Assembly (NCBI GenBank): GCA_964016885.1
Contig: OZ024743.1
Location: 117,862,001-117,926,000, forward strand
From: Eledone cirrhosa
Taxonomy: Eukaryota
Direction: 5' to 3'
Length of the DNA stretch: 64,000 nucleotides
The translations under genes were made by a program, and so were the position numbers. Numbering within the stretch: the stretch's first letter is position 1; every line of letters begins with the position of its first letter. Under the pieces are notes generated by a model. The model searched no databases, was not told the DNA's origin, and saw only the letters and a program-made list of their open reading frames with translations. This document shows positions 27,096-38,200 of this stretch, one piece after another.

Positions 27096-29189
27096 ATGGC
27101 TACCAAAAAGAAATTTCATACGTCACTCCCACTCATTCCGTCTTCTTCTTCCTCAATCATCACTACAGCAGAGAGAAGATTGTCTCTCTCCCTCCCTTCT
27201 TCAAATGTGTCTCTCTCCCTCCCTTCTCTTTCGCAAGCGACGAAAGAAAAGAAAAGTCTCGTGCAAAGCGTGCAAGGTTTCTCCACGACGACGACGACAG
27301 CGACGAAACAGGTGTGCGGGAAATACGAAAACCCAGTCCATTCGTCTGACGTCAGGAATAATAGCAGTAGCAGCCGTAATAACAACAGCAACAGTGACAA
27401 TGAAAACAACAGTAGCAGCCGCAACAGCATCACCAGCAGCATAAACAACAACAGCATTAGCAGCAGCAACACCAACAACAACCACAGCAACAGCGGCGGA
27501 GGCAGTAGTCGTAGTACCTGCAGCAACAAAAGTACCAGCAGCTCTGACGACAACAACAACAGCAGAGAAAAACCAATCTCATTTGCAGGTATTGCGAAAA
27601 ACTTGGAAACAATCCTCATAACAAATGAGGAATTAGAGGAAGCGAAGAAGATGCTGACAAAGAACGGACACCGAGCAATCTGCAAGGCAGCGGAAAAGTT
27701 TTTCGAGACCCAAGAGCACTGTACGGTCACGTACCGTACAGTAAGTACAAAATCCCGTAGGGTGGAAAGAGCCACAGAGGCCCAAATACAAAAAGCCTTG
27801 GGGTCTGTGTGGCAGCGGAAAACGCACATCACCCGAGGCAAAAAATATGCCACCATAGACGTACTTTTTGCCACACCCCAGGAGGCAAAGGCCCAATCAG
27901 TAGTGACCCTAAGGAGCGAGGAAATGGTGTTGGTGCCCTCCTACTGCGGGCAAAAAATTGTGAGGGTCAAACTGACCCACGTCCCACCCGGAATGACCCC
28001 TTCTTGGCTGGCCGCGTCTGTCCTCGTCGGAATCGAGGACAAAACAACTGTACTGCAAGTACAGAAAAAAGTAAGAGAAGATTGGGTCGGCTCCTCCATT
28101 GAGATGCTAATCCAAACCAACCAGGAGTGCATCGAAGCTATCCCGGATGTGATAGACTTCGATAACGGCATTCAACTGCCCATAAGTGTTGAGGGCAAAC
28201 GCCCGAAATGCTTTCGCTGTGGATCGAAGACTCACCTCAGGGCCTTCTGCAACGAGAAGACCCTGAGAAAGGAGAAAACCCCCCTCCTTCCGAATCCGGC
28301 TCCACGGCTACCAGCAACAGGACAAGCGGCAACCAGGAACGATAGGTCCGTGGCACCCATACCCACTCCACGGAAATCAAAGACAGCAGCAGCAGTGGAA
28401 ATATTAACAACAACAACAGCAATACCAAATGCAGCTGCAACAGAGACTCCAGTGCAAACATCACCAACAACAACAAGTGAAAGAGTGGAGCTGGTACCCC
28501 TCCCCGACCTTACAGAATCAGACATGGAGTGTGAGGTGGGAGAGGGATGGCAAAAGGTCTCAAGAAGGCACAAACGCAGAAGCAGCGCATCGTCGCCTTT
28601 GAAAAGGGAGGAAAGAAATGAGAAAAGGGTAAAGTCTACTGCAAAGAGACCCACAGCAGCAACACCACCAACACCATCACCACCCACACCAGCACCACCA
28701 TCACCACCGGCGACAACCCCACCGCCAACAACACCTGCAACACCACCACCACAAGCACCAACATCGCAAACACAACAACAAAACACACACACCCAGCAAC
28801 AACGACAAGAAAATAGCAGAACCACACCCCACCCCCAGAAAAACAAATGCACGGCAATAAACACACACAACAAGAAACTAATGACTTACATAATTGAACA
28901 CACAGACATTTCACAACAGGACTACATAATACCAGCACCAATCAAAACGCCAACTAACATAAGACTGCTAAAAATAGCACAGAAACAATACACAAACATT
29001 AAAACGAAATTCCCCAACGCAGTTGGTGATTTCAGGGACCTAGGAGGAACCATTAATCGAAGAGTATATTCAGACATTCTCTTAGAAGAGCCGACGACCA
29101 GCCGAAGGGACGATTCAACGGTCCCTTCACCAGACGATCAAGTGAAAAGGGATGTAAAAACCATCCCTCCTCTACGAAAAGTACGGTAA
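27096..29189 (+). CDS. LINE ORF1p, 697 aa, nucleic-acid binding (gag-like zinc knuckle)
   Basis: ATG in aaaacATGgct context shared by all A copies. CX2CX4HX4C knuckle CFRCGSKTHLRAFC; N/S-rich N-terminal and P/T-rich C-terminal low-complexity regions. Confidence 0.9.
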   Translation: MATKKKFHTSLPLIPSSSSSIITTAERRLSLSLPSSNVSLSLPSLSQATKEKKSLVQSVQGFSTTTTTATKQVCGKYENPVHSSDVRNNSSSSRNNNSNSDNENNSSSRNSITSSINNNSISSSNTNNNHSNSGGGSSRSTCSNKSTSSSDDNNNSREKPISFAGIAKNLETILITNEELEEAKKMLTKNGHRAICKAAEKFFETQEHCTVTYRTVSTKSRRVERATEAQIQKALGSVWQRKTHITRGKKYATIDVLFATPQEAKAQSVVTLRSEEMVLVPSYCGQKIVRVKLTHVPPGMTPSWLAASVLVGIEDKTTVLQVQKKVREDWVGSSIEMLIQTNQECIEAIPDVIDFDNGIQLPISVEGKRPKCFRCGSKTHLRAFCNEKTLRKEKTPLLPNPAPRLPATGQAATRNDRSVAPIPTPRKSKTAAAVEILTTTTAIPNAAATETPVQTSPTTTSERVELVPLPDLTESDMECEVGEGWQKVSRRHKRRSSASSPLKREERNEKRVKSTAKRPTAATPPTPSPPTPAPPSPPATTPPPTTPATPPPQAPTSQTQQQNTHTQQQRQENSRTTPHPQKNKCTAINTHNKKLMTYIIEHTDISQQDYIIPAPIKTPTNIRLLKIAQKQYTNIKTKFPNAVGDFRDLGGTINRRVYSDILLEEPTTSRRDDSTVPSPDDQVKRDVKTIPPLRKVR

Positions 29190-29224
29190 GTGGTCTTTCC
29201 CATCTTTTCCACTCTATTTTAAAC

Positions 29225-32200
29225 ATGACCTCACTCAGAATAGGCAGCATAAATGCGCGTGGCTTGGGGTCGACATGGAAGCAGGGTCACCTGCTCAACG
29301 ACCTCAGGTCACTAAACATAGATGTAGTGGCCATCAGCGAGACCAGAATCTCCGAAGCACGGGCCTTCGCACCGATCTTCGGCGGCTACGATGTGTACGC
29401 ATCTCCCAGCCGTCCTGGATCGGGTGGAGGAGTTGCTGTGCTTTTTCGGAGAGGTTTGGATCTCGCCATACGGGCCATCTTCCTGGACCCAGAGGGTAAG
29501 CTGGTGGTGCTGGACGTGACCAGCGGAGACGGGCAAGCTTTCAGGCTAGTGGCCGTCTATGCCCCGACAGGAGCAGGGCGGCCTGATTTCTTCCGGCGTC
29601 TGGAGACCTTTCTTGGAACGTCCCGCTCTTTAGTGTTAGTGGGCGACTGGAACGGGATCTTAGATGCACGCTGGGACTGTGTGGGATTAGCGGATAGGGG
29701 TGGAGGGTGCAAGAGCCTCACCAACCTGCTCAGGCGTTTTGAACTGTCTGACAGGTACCGATTGGATTTCCCGAATGTGCCAATGTGGACTTGGACAAAC
29801 CGCATAGGGTCATCCAGATCATATCTAGATAGAGTATTTTGTAGGGAAATAGATAGGTCTAGCATAGGCTGTCCACAATTCAAGATAGTCAGCTACACGG
29901 ACCACAAATTCGTGACCTGTGTGCTTGACTTAGATAGGCTTCATAGACGAGGACCTGGCTACTGGAAGCTAAACGCGTCCTTACCAGCGCGCAAGGCCTA
30001 CAGAGACCGGATTAGCGAACTAGTTAAGCGGGCGTTGACGGGGGCCATCGTCAACAACAAGTGGTGGTTTGCTCTGAAAAGAGCGATTAGAATAGAATCG
30101 ATTAGGTTTAGTAAGGCTTTAGCAATAGAGAAAAATAGAGCAGAGGGAGAACTAGTTAGAAAATTAGACGAGGCGCTTAGCAAAGGCATTGCGACCGACG
30201 TGCTTGCGGCGAAATTGGCCCTTGACCAATTCTTCAATGCAAAGCACGAAGGCTGCGTTGTCAGAGCTAGGGTGCGTGCTCTCAGACACGAGGGGACGAA
30301 AGCCGTTCAATGGGCCCGAGTGGCGGAGGCGCGTCGTGGCAACAAAGCCACGATCCGGTCTTTGGTGGATCACGACGGGCGCATGCTACTCGATCCCGGG
30401 CAAATGTGTGAAGCTTTTCAGCGACACTTCGCTCAGCTGTTCGGGGGCAGCGGGGGGCCGGGTAGAGGGATGGACTTTAGTGTCTACCTCGACGGACTGC
30501 CGCGGCTCTCGGCCACTGAGGCGAAGTGTTGCGAAAAGCCGATAACAGCCGCTGAAGTACGGGAGGCAATGACTGGCTGCACAAGGGGTAAATCGCCTGG
30601 TTTGGATGGTCTGCCCTATGAACTTTACGTACAGATGCCAGACTTGTTCGGAGGCCTCTTGGCGGACGTCTACTGCAACTGGCAACAGAACGGGAGAATT
30701 CCCAGTTCTGTGAGCCGAGGAGCGGTGGCACTGCTGAGAAAGGATCCGAACAAGGGGGATAACATAGACAATTTCCGGCCCATAACTCTGCTAAACACAG
30801 AGTTTAAGATTTTGGCCAAGGTGCTAGCAAAGAGGTTGGCGCTTGTCGTTGGTGGTCTGGTGGGAGAGGCGCAGACATGCGCCATTCCCGACAGATCCAT
30901 CCACGACAACCTCCACCTCATGCGATACATCGTAGAGAGGGTAGCTAGGGAACCTGGCACGGGTGGGTCCTTGATCAATTTAGATCAGTCGAAAGCTTTC
31001 GATAGGGTCGACCATCGTTACCTAGCGGCAGTCCTGAGGGCGGCTGGCTTTGGGCCCGTCTTCAGAGGCTGGATCGCTGCCATGCACAGCGACATCTGCT
31101 CTGTAGTGAGAGTGAACGGTCACCTGTCGGAACCGTTCAAAATCATGCGCTCGGTCCGCCAAGGATGTCCCCTCTCGTCCCTCTTGTACGTATTGACTCT
31201 CGAGCCATTACTGCACAAACTGGAGACGTTGAGGGGAGTCCCGCGCGAACTAGGATGCGGAAGATCCGTGTCAGCATATGCGGACGATGTCACCGTAGTG
31301 GTGTCGAACGCCAAACACATCGAGGCGATCGGCACTACACTAAGAGAATACGAAGCGGTGACAGGAGCAATGATCAACCAGGAAAAGTCAGTGGGCCTGC
31401 AGCTCGGCACCTGGAGAGGCAGGTCCATGCCGTCCAACAGCGTCGTCGGGCGCTGGACGGACGGACCGGTTAAATTGCTAGGGGTCTGGTTCGGTCCGGA
31501 CCTCCAGACGGACAAAAACTGGGACGAGGTGACGAGCAGGGTGGCTTCTCTCACCCAGAAATGGGCGGAGAGGAAGCTATCCCTGAAAGGTCGAGCGGAG
31601 GTGGCTAACGCGTACATCGCGTCTGTCATCTGCTACCGCCTAACCGTCGTACCTTGTCCTAAGCCTCGTCTGACTGCGCTGGAGCGTTTGCTCTTTCGCT
31701 TTTTGTGGAAGGGACGTGCTCCGATGGTCAGGCGGTCCATCTGTTGTCAACACCCGCTACGTGGAGGGCTGGGCATGCCGTGGCTGATGATGCGCAGGCA
31801 CGCGCTCAGGCTACGACATCTCCACCTCTTCCTCGACGGTGATCAGGTGTGGTCGCCGTTTGCTAGACGCGTTTTTCCCCAGCTCGTTTCCTTGACGGAG
31901 CTGCCGTCCTGGGTCAAGCGAAGACCGAGAGGGAGCGCCTGGAGACTGGAATGTCTTCAGGCGCTCACAGCCCTCGACCAATCGGGCAATGTGATCGGTG
32001 GAAACTCCACCTCGGCGTTCTATAGAGGATTAGTGGAGGGGAAGAGCGACGACGTACTTGGGGAAACTCTAGGCGTCGACGAAAATCAACTAGCCAATCT
32101 CTTCGGAAGAACTTTCGGGCCAGGGCCTATGGACAACTTCCAGAAATCTCTGGCCTGGCAGTGCTACCGAGGAGCCTTGCCAGTTCGGGATAAACTCTAC

Positions 32201-32644
32201 AGGCATGGAGGTGCCGTCAGCCGGGCATGTCCGAGATGCGCGCAGGGCGACGAAACCGTCCTGCACGCACTCGTCCAGTGTCCGAAAATTGCTGACTTGT
32301 GGGTTTATGTCGAACACCTGCTGTCGCGTTTAGGACGGATCCAGCTATCATCTGAGTCTATCGTGAGGATTGCCCCGCCCTCCTCCTTTAGCCGGGAAGG
32401 GCAGGCAGTTTTTATCTGTCTGGTGGCCATGGCGAAAGAGATAGTATGGTGGACACGTTTGAAAGGGCTGAAGACGAGCACTTACCTCTTCGGTGATGCT
32501 CTGATTGACTTTTTCAAATTTCATTTGAAAAGGAAAATCAGAGTAGAGAAGGAAGTGCTCTCTTCCCAGCATTTTGTTGAAAGATGGGTGAGAGAAGCAA
32601 GAATGGCCCGAGTGAATGGGCCGACTCTGAGTATATATCTGTAA
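29225..32644 (+). CDS. LINE ORF2p, 1139 aa: APE endonuclease + reverse transcriptase + C-terminal CCHC (L1/Tx1 group)
   Basis: APE motifs SINARG, ISET, VYAP, GDWN, LDR, TDH; L1/Tx1 linker GPGYWKLN; RT motifs KSPGLDG, RPITLLN, DQSKAFDRVDH, RQGCPLS, YADD, LLG; CPRC..ETVLHALVQC. Confidence 0.95.
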   Translation: MTSLRIGSINARGLGSTWKQGHLLNDLRSLNIDVVAISETRISEARAFAPIFGGYDVYASPSRPGSGGGVAVLFRRGLDLAIRAIFLDPEGKLVVLDVTSGDGQAFRLVAVYAPTGAGRPDFFRRLETFLGTSRSLVLVGDWNGILDARWDCVGLADRGGGCKSLTNLLRRFELSDRYRLDFPNVPMWTWTNRIGSSRSYLDRVFCREIDRSSIGCPQFKIVSYTDHKFVTCVLDLDRLHRRGPGYWKLNASLPARKAYRDRISELVKRALTGAIVNNKWWFALKRAIRIESIRFSKALAIEKNRAEGELVRKLDEALSKGIATDVLAAKLALDQFFNAKHEGCVVRARVRALRHEGTKAVQWARVAEARRGNKATIRSLVDHDGRMLLDPGQMCEAFQRHFAQLFGGSGGPGRGMDFSVYLDGLPRLSATEAKCCEKPITAAEVREAMTGCTRGKSPGLDGLPYELYVQMPDLFGGLLADVYCNWQQNGRIPSSVSRGAVALLRKDPNKGDNIDNFRPITLLNTEFKILAKVLAKRLALVVGGLVGEAQTCAIPDRSIHDNLHLMRYIVERVAREPGTGGSLINLDQSKAFDRVDHRYLAAVLRAAGFGPVFRGWIAAMHSDICSVVRVNGHLSEPFKIMRSVRQGCPLSSLLYVLTLEPLLHKLETLRGVPRELGCGRSVSAYADDVTVVVSNAKHIEAIGTTLREYEAVTGAMINQEKSVGLQLGTWRGRSMPSNSVVGRWTDGPVKLLGVWFGPDLQTDKNWDEVTSRVASLTQKWAERKLSLKGRAEVANAYIASVICYRLTVVPCPKPRLTALERLLFRFLWKGRAPMVRRSICCQHPLRGGLGMPWLMMRRHALRLRHLHLFLDGDQVWSPFARRVFPQLVSLTELPSWVKRRPRGSAWRLECLQALTALDQSGNVIGGNSTSAFYRGLVEGKSDDVLGETLGVDENQLANLFGRTFGPGPMDNFQKSLAWQCYRGALPVRDKLYRHGGAVSRACPRCAQGDETVLHALVQCPKIADLWVYVEHLLSRLGRIQLSSESIVRIAPPSSFSREGQAVFICLVAMAKEIVWWTRLKGLKTSTYLFGDALIDFFKFHLKRKIRVEKEVLSSQHFVERWVREARMARVNGPTLSIYL

Positions 32645-33159
32645 ACTAAAGGTGGAAAACTGGGAGAGGGCACTTGCCTTGGTGGTCAGGGTCATTGTGG
32701 CTTTTTACTGGGCTTTCTCCACAAATGTCCCTCCGAAGTCTCTCCCCTATTGGGGAATTTTTCATTGTTATTTTCATTGTTATTTTTGTTACATCCTCTG
32801 TTTTTGTTTTTTTACACGCAGAAATGCCCATTTGTACCGTCCTGCATTGTCCTGCACTGTCCTTAATGTCTACTTTATGTAAACCCTTGTGGTTAATAAA
32901 GAAATCATTATTATTATTTTTATTATTATTATTATTATTATTATTGAATGCCATGGTTGACGGAGGCTCGGCTCTGTAAGGTATAGTAATTTTTAACCGT
33001 TAAAACAATTGTAAATTGTTTAAAACTTGAACCAAATTGTTGATAAAGACACCCTCCTCCTCGTGAGAGGGGTCTTTCTGTCCGTTATTTGGCCCTTCGG
33101 GGCTAAATAACCAGTTATTGGGGTTTTGAACCCAATATTCATTTTAAACAAAAAACAAC

Positions 33160-35255
33160 ATGGCTACGAAAAAGAAATTTCATACGTCACTCCCACTCAT
33201 TCCGTCTTCTTCTTCCTCAATCATCACTACAGCAGAGAGAAGATTGTCTCTCTCCCTCCCTTCTTTAAATGTGTCTCTCTCCCTCCCTTCTCTTTCGCAA
33301 GTGACGAAAGAAAAGAAAAGTCTCGTGCAAAGCGTGCAAAGTTTTTCCACGACGACGACGACAGCGACGAAACAGGTGTGCGAGAAATACGAAAACCCAG
33401 TTCATTCGTCTGACGTCAGGAATAATAGCAGTAGCAGCCGTAATAACAACAGCAACAGTGACAATGAAAACAACAGTAGCAGCCGCAACAGCATCACCAG
33501 CAGCATAAACAACAACAGCATTAGCAGCAGCAACACCAACAACAACCACAGCAACAGCGGCGGAGGCAGTAGTCGTAGTACCTGCAGCAACAACAAAAGT
33601 ACCAGCAGCTCTGACGACAACAACAACAGCAGAGACAAACCAATCTCATTTGCAGGTATTGCGAAAAACTTGGAAACAATCCTCATAACAAATGAGGAAT
33701 TAGAGGAAGCGAAGAAGATGGTGACAAAGAACGGACACCGAGCAATCTGCAAGGCAGCGAAAAATTTTTTCGAAACCCAAGAGCACTGTACGGTCACGTA
33801 CCGCACAGTAAGTACAAAATCCCGTAGGGTGGAAAGAGCCACAGAGGCCCAAATACAAAAAGCCTTGGGGTCTGTGTGGCAGAGGAAAACGCACATCACC
33901 CGAGGCAAAAAATACGCCACCGTAGACGTACTTTTTGCCACACCCCAGGAGGCAAAGGCCCAATCAGTAGTGACCCTAAGGAGCGAGGAAATGGTGTTGG
34001 TGCCCTCCTACTGCGGGCAAAAAATTGTGAGGGTCAAACTGACCCACGTCCCCCCGGAATGACCCCTTCTTGGCTGGCCGCGTCTGTCCTCGTCGGAATC
34101 GAGGACAAAACAACTGTACTGCAAGTACAGAAAAAAGTAAGAGAAGATTGGGTCGGCTCCTCCATTGAGATGCTAATCCAAACCAACCAGGAGTGCATCG
34201 AAGCTATCCCGGATGTGATAGACTTCGATAACGGCACTCAACTGCCCATAAGTGTTGAGGGCAAACGCCCGAAATGCTTTCGCTGTGGATCGAAGACTCA
34301 CCTCAGGGCCTTCTGCAACGAGAAGACCCTGAGAAAGGAGAAAACCCCCCTCCTTCCGAATCCGGCTCCACGGCTACCAGCAACAGGACAAGCGGCAACC
34401 AGGAACGATATGTCCGTGGCACCCATACCCACTCCACGGAAATCAAAGACAGCAGCAGCAGTGGAAATATTAACAACAACAACAGCAATACCAAATGCAG
34501 CTGCAACAGAGACTCCAGTGCAAACATCACCAACAACAACAAGTGAAAGAGTGGAGCTGGTACCCCTCCCCGACCTTACAGAATCAGACATGGAGTGTGA
34601 GGTGGGAGAGGGATGGCAAAAGGTCGCAAGAAGGCACAAACGCAGAAGCAGCGCATCGTCGCCTTTGAAAAGGGAGGAAAGAAATGAGAAAAGGGTAAAG
34701 TCTACTGCAAAGAGACCCACAGCAGCAACACCACCAACACCATCACCACCCACACCAGCACCACCATCACCACCGGCGACAACCCCACCGCCAACAACAC
34801 CTTCAACACCACCACCACAAGCACCAACATCGCAAACACAACAACAAAACACACACACCCAGCAACAACGACAAGAAAATAGCAGAACCACACCCCACCC
34901 CCAGAAAAACAAATGCACGGCAATAAACACACACAACAAGAAACTAATGACTTACATAATTGAACACACAGACATTTCACAACAGGACTACATAATACCA
35001 GCACCAATCAAAACGCCAACTAACATAAGACTGCTAAAAATAGCACAGAAACAATACACAAACATTAAAACGAAATTCCCCAACGCAGTTGGTGATTTCA
35101 GGGACCTAGGAGGAACCATCAATCGAAGAGTATATTCAGACATTCTCTTAGAAGAGCCGACGACCAGCCGAAGGGACGATTCAACGGTCCCTTCACCAGA
35201 CGATCAAGTGAAAAGGGATGTAAAAACCATCCCTCCTCTACCAAAAGCACGGTAA
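33160..35255 (+). pseudogene. ORF1 of copy A3, split by a 1-bp deletion in a C run near 34052
   Basis: gtccccccgga vs gtcccacccgga in A2; could also be a sequencing or assembly error. Confidence 0.75.
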
Positions 35256-35290
35256 GTGGTCTTTCCCATCTTTTCCACTCTATTTTAAAC

Positions 35291-38200
35291 ATGACCTCAC
35301 TCAGAATAGGCAGCATAAATGCGCGTGGCTTGGGGTCGTCATGGAAGCAGGGTCACCTGCTCAACGACCTCAGGTCACTAAACATAGATGTAGTGGCCAT
35401 CAGCGAGACCAGAATCTCCGAAGCACGGGCCTTCGCACCGATCTTCGGCGGCTACGATGTGTACGCATCTCCCAGCCGTCCTGGATCGGGTGGAGGAGTT
35501 GCTGTGCTTTTTCGGAGAGGTTTGGATCTCGCCATACGGGCCATCTTCCTGGACCCAGAGGGTAAGCTGGTGGTGCTGGACGTGACCAGCGGAGACGGGC
35601 AAGCTTTCAGGCTAGTGGCCGTCTATGACCCGACAGGAGCAGGGCGGCCTGATTTCTTCCGGCGTCTGGAGACCTTTCTTGGAACGTCCCGCTCTTTAGT
35701 GTTAGTGGGCGACTGGAACGGGATCTTAGATGCACGCTGGGACTGTGTGGGATTAGCGGATAGGGGTGGAGGGTGCAAGAGCCTCACCAACCTGCTCAGG
35801 CGTTTTGAACTGTCTGACAGGTACCGATTGGATTTCCCGAATGTGCCAATGTGGACTTGGACAAACCGCATAGGGTCATCCAGATCATATCTAGATAGAG
35901 TATTTTGTAGGGAAATAGATAGGTCTAGCATAGGCTGTCCACAATTCAAGATAGTCAGCTACACGGACCACAAATTCGTGACCTGTGTGCTTGACTTAGA
36001 TAGGCTTCATAGACAAGGACCCGGCTACTGGAAGCTAAACGCGTCCTTACTAGCGCGCAAGGCCTACAGAGACCGGATTAGCGAACTAGTTAAGCGGGCG
36101 TTGACGGGGGCCATCGTCAACAAGAAGTGGTGGTTTGCTCTGAAAAGAGCGATTAGAATAGAATCGATTAGGTTTAGTAAGGCTTTAGCAATAGAGAAAA
36201 ATAGAGCAGAGGGAGAACTAGTTAGAAAATTAGACGAGGCGCTTAGCAAAGGCATTGCGACCGACGTGCTTGCGGCGAAATTGGCCCTTGACCAATTCTT
36301 CAATGCAAAGCACGAAGGCTGCGTTGTCAGAGCTAGGGTGCGTGCTCTCAGACACGAGTGGACGAAAGCCGTTCAATGGGCCCGAGTGGCGGAGGCGCGT
36401 CGTGGCAACAAAGCCACGATCCGGTCTTTGGTGGACCACGACGGGCGCATGCTACTCGATCCCGGGCAAATGTGTGAAGCTTTTCAGCGACACTTCGCTC
36501 AGCTGTTCGGGGGCAGCGGGGGGCCGGGTAGAGGGATGGACTTTAGTGTCTACCTCGACGGACTGCCGCGGCTCTCGGCCACTGAGGCGAAGTGTTGCGA
36601 AAAGCCGATAACAGCCGCTGAAGTAAGGGAGGCAATGACTGGCTGCACAAGGGGTAAATCGCCTGGTTTAGATGGTCTGCCCTATGAACTTTACGTACAG
36701 ATGCCAGACTTGTTCGGAGGCCTCTTAGCGGACGTCTACTGCAACTGGCAACAGAACGGGAGAATTCCCAGTTCTGTGAGCCGAGGAGCGGTGGCACTGC
36801 TGAGAAAGGATCCGAACAAGGGGGATAACATAGACAATTTCCGGCCCATAACTCTGCTAAACACAGAGTTTAAGATTTTGGCCAAGGTGCTAGCAAAGAG
36901 GTTGGCGCTTGTCGTTGGTGGTCTGGTGGGAGAGGCGCAGACATGCGCCATTCCCGACAGATCCATCCACGACAACCTCCACCTCATGCGATACATCGTA
37001 GAGAGGGTAGCTAGGGAACCTGGCACGGGTGGGTCCTTGATCAATTTAGATCAGTCGAAAGCTTTCGATAGGGTCGACCATCGTTACCTAGCGGCAGTCC
37101 TGAGGGCGGCTGGCTTTGGGCCCGTCTTCAGAGGCTGGATCGCTGCCATGCACAGCGACATCTGCTCTGTGGTGAGAGTGAACGGTCACCTGTCGGAACC
37201 GTTCAACATCATGCGCTCGGTCCGCCAAGGATGTCCCCTCTCGTCCCTCTTGTACGTATTGACTCTCGAGCCATTACTGCACAAACTGGAGACGTTGAGG
37301 GGAGTCCCGCGCGAACTAGGATGCGGAAGATCCGTGTCAGCATATGCGGACGATGTCACCGTAGTGGTGTCGAACGCCAAACACATCGAGGCGATCGGCA
37401 CTACACTAAGAGAATACGAAGCGGTGACAGGAGCAATGATCAACCAGGAAAAGTCAGTGGGCCTGCAGCTCGGCACCTGGAGAGGCAGGTCCATGCCGTC
37501 CAACAGCGTCGTCGGGCGCTGGACGGACGGACCGGTTAAATTGCTAGGGGTCTGGTTCGGTCCGGACCTCCAGACGGACAAAAACTGGGACGAGGTGACG
37601 AGCAGGGTGGCTTCTCTCACCCAGAAATGGGCGGAGAGGAAGCTATCCCTGAAAGGTCGAGCGGAGGTGGCTAACGCGTACATCGCGTCTGTCATCTGCT
37701 ACCGCCTAACCGTCGTACCTTGTCCTAAGCCTCGCCTGACTGCGCTGGAGCGTTTGCTCTTTCGCTTTTTGTGGAAGGGACGTGCTCCGATGGTCAGGCG
37801 GTCCATCTGTTGTCAACACCCGCTACGTGGAGGGCTGGGCATGCCGTGGCTGATGATGCGCAGGCACGCGCTCAGGCTACGACATCTCCACCTCTTCCTC
37901 GACGGTGATCAGGTGTGGTCGCCGTTTGCTAGACGCGTTTTTCCCCAGCTCGTTTCCTTGACGGAGCTGCAGTCCTGGGTCAAGCGAAGACCGAGAGGGA
38001 GCGCCTGGAGACTGGAATGTCTTCAGGCGCTCACAGCCCTCGACCAATCGGGCAATGTGATCGGTGGAAACTCCACCTCGGCGTTCTATAGAGGATTAGT
38101 GGAGGGGAAGAGCGACGACGTACTTGGGGAAACTCTAGGCGTCGACGAAAATCAACTAGCCAATCTCTTCGGAAGAACTTTCGGGCCAGGGCCTATGGAC

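Larger units (their letters stand above)
26883..32945 (+). mobile_element. Tx1-type LINE copy A2, full length (6063 bp), both ORFs intact
   Basis: 5' UTR, ORF1, 35-nt spacer, ORF2, 3' UTR with AATAAA and (ATT)n tail 32907-32945. Confidence 0.95.

Noticed and set aside
27116-28941. Recurring antisense ORFs (213-252 aa) over ORF1 and short ones over ORF2
   Set aside because: They are shadows of low-complexity A/C-rich coding sequence and recur only because the element is repeated.
32652-32979. Apparent ORF3 downstream of ORF2
   Set aside because: Starts at GTG/TTG, the frame varies between copies and it runs through the ATT tail; this is 3' UTR.
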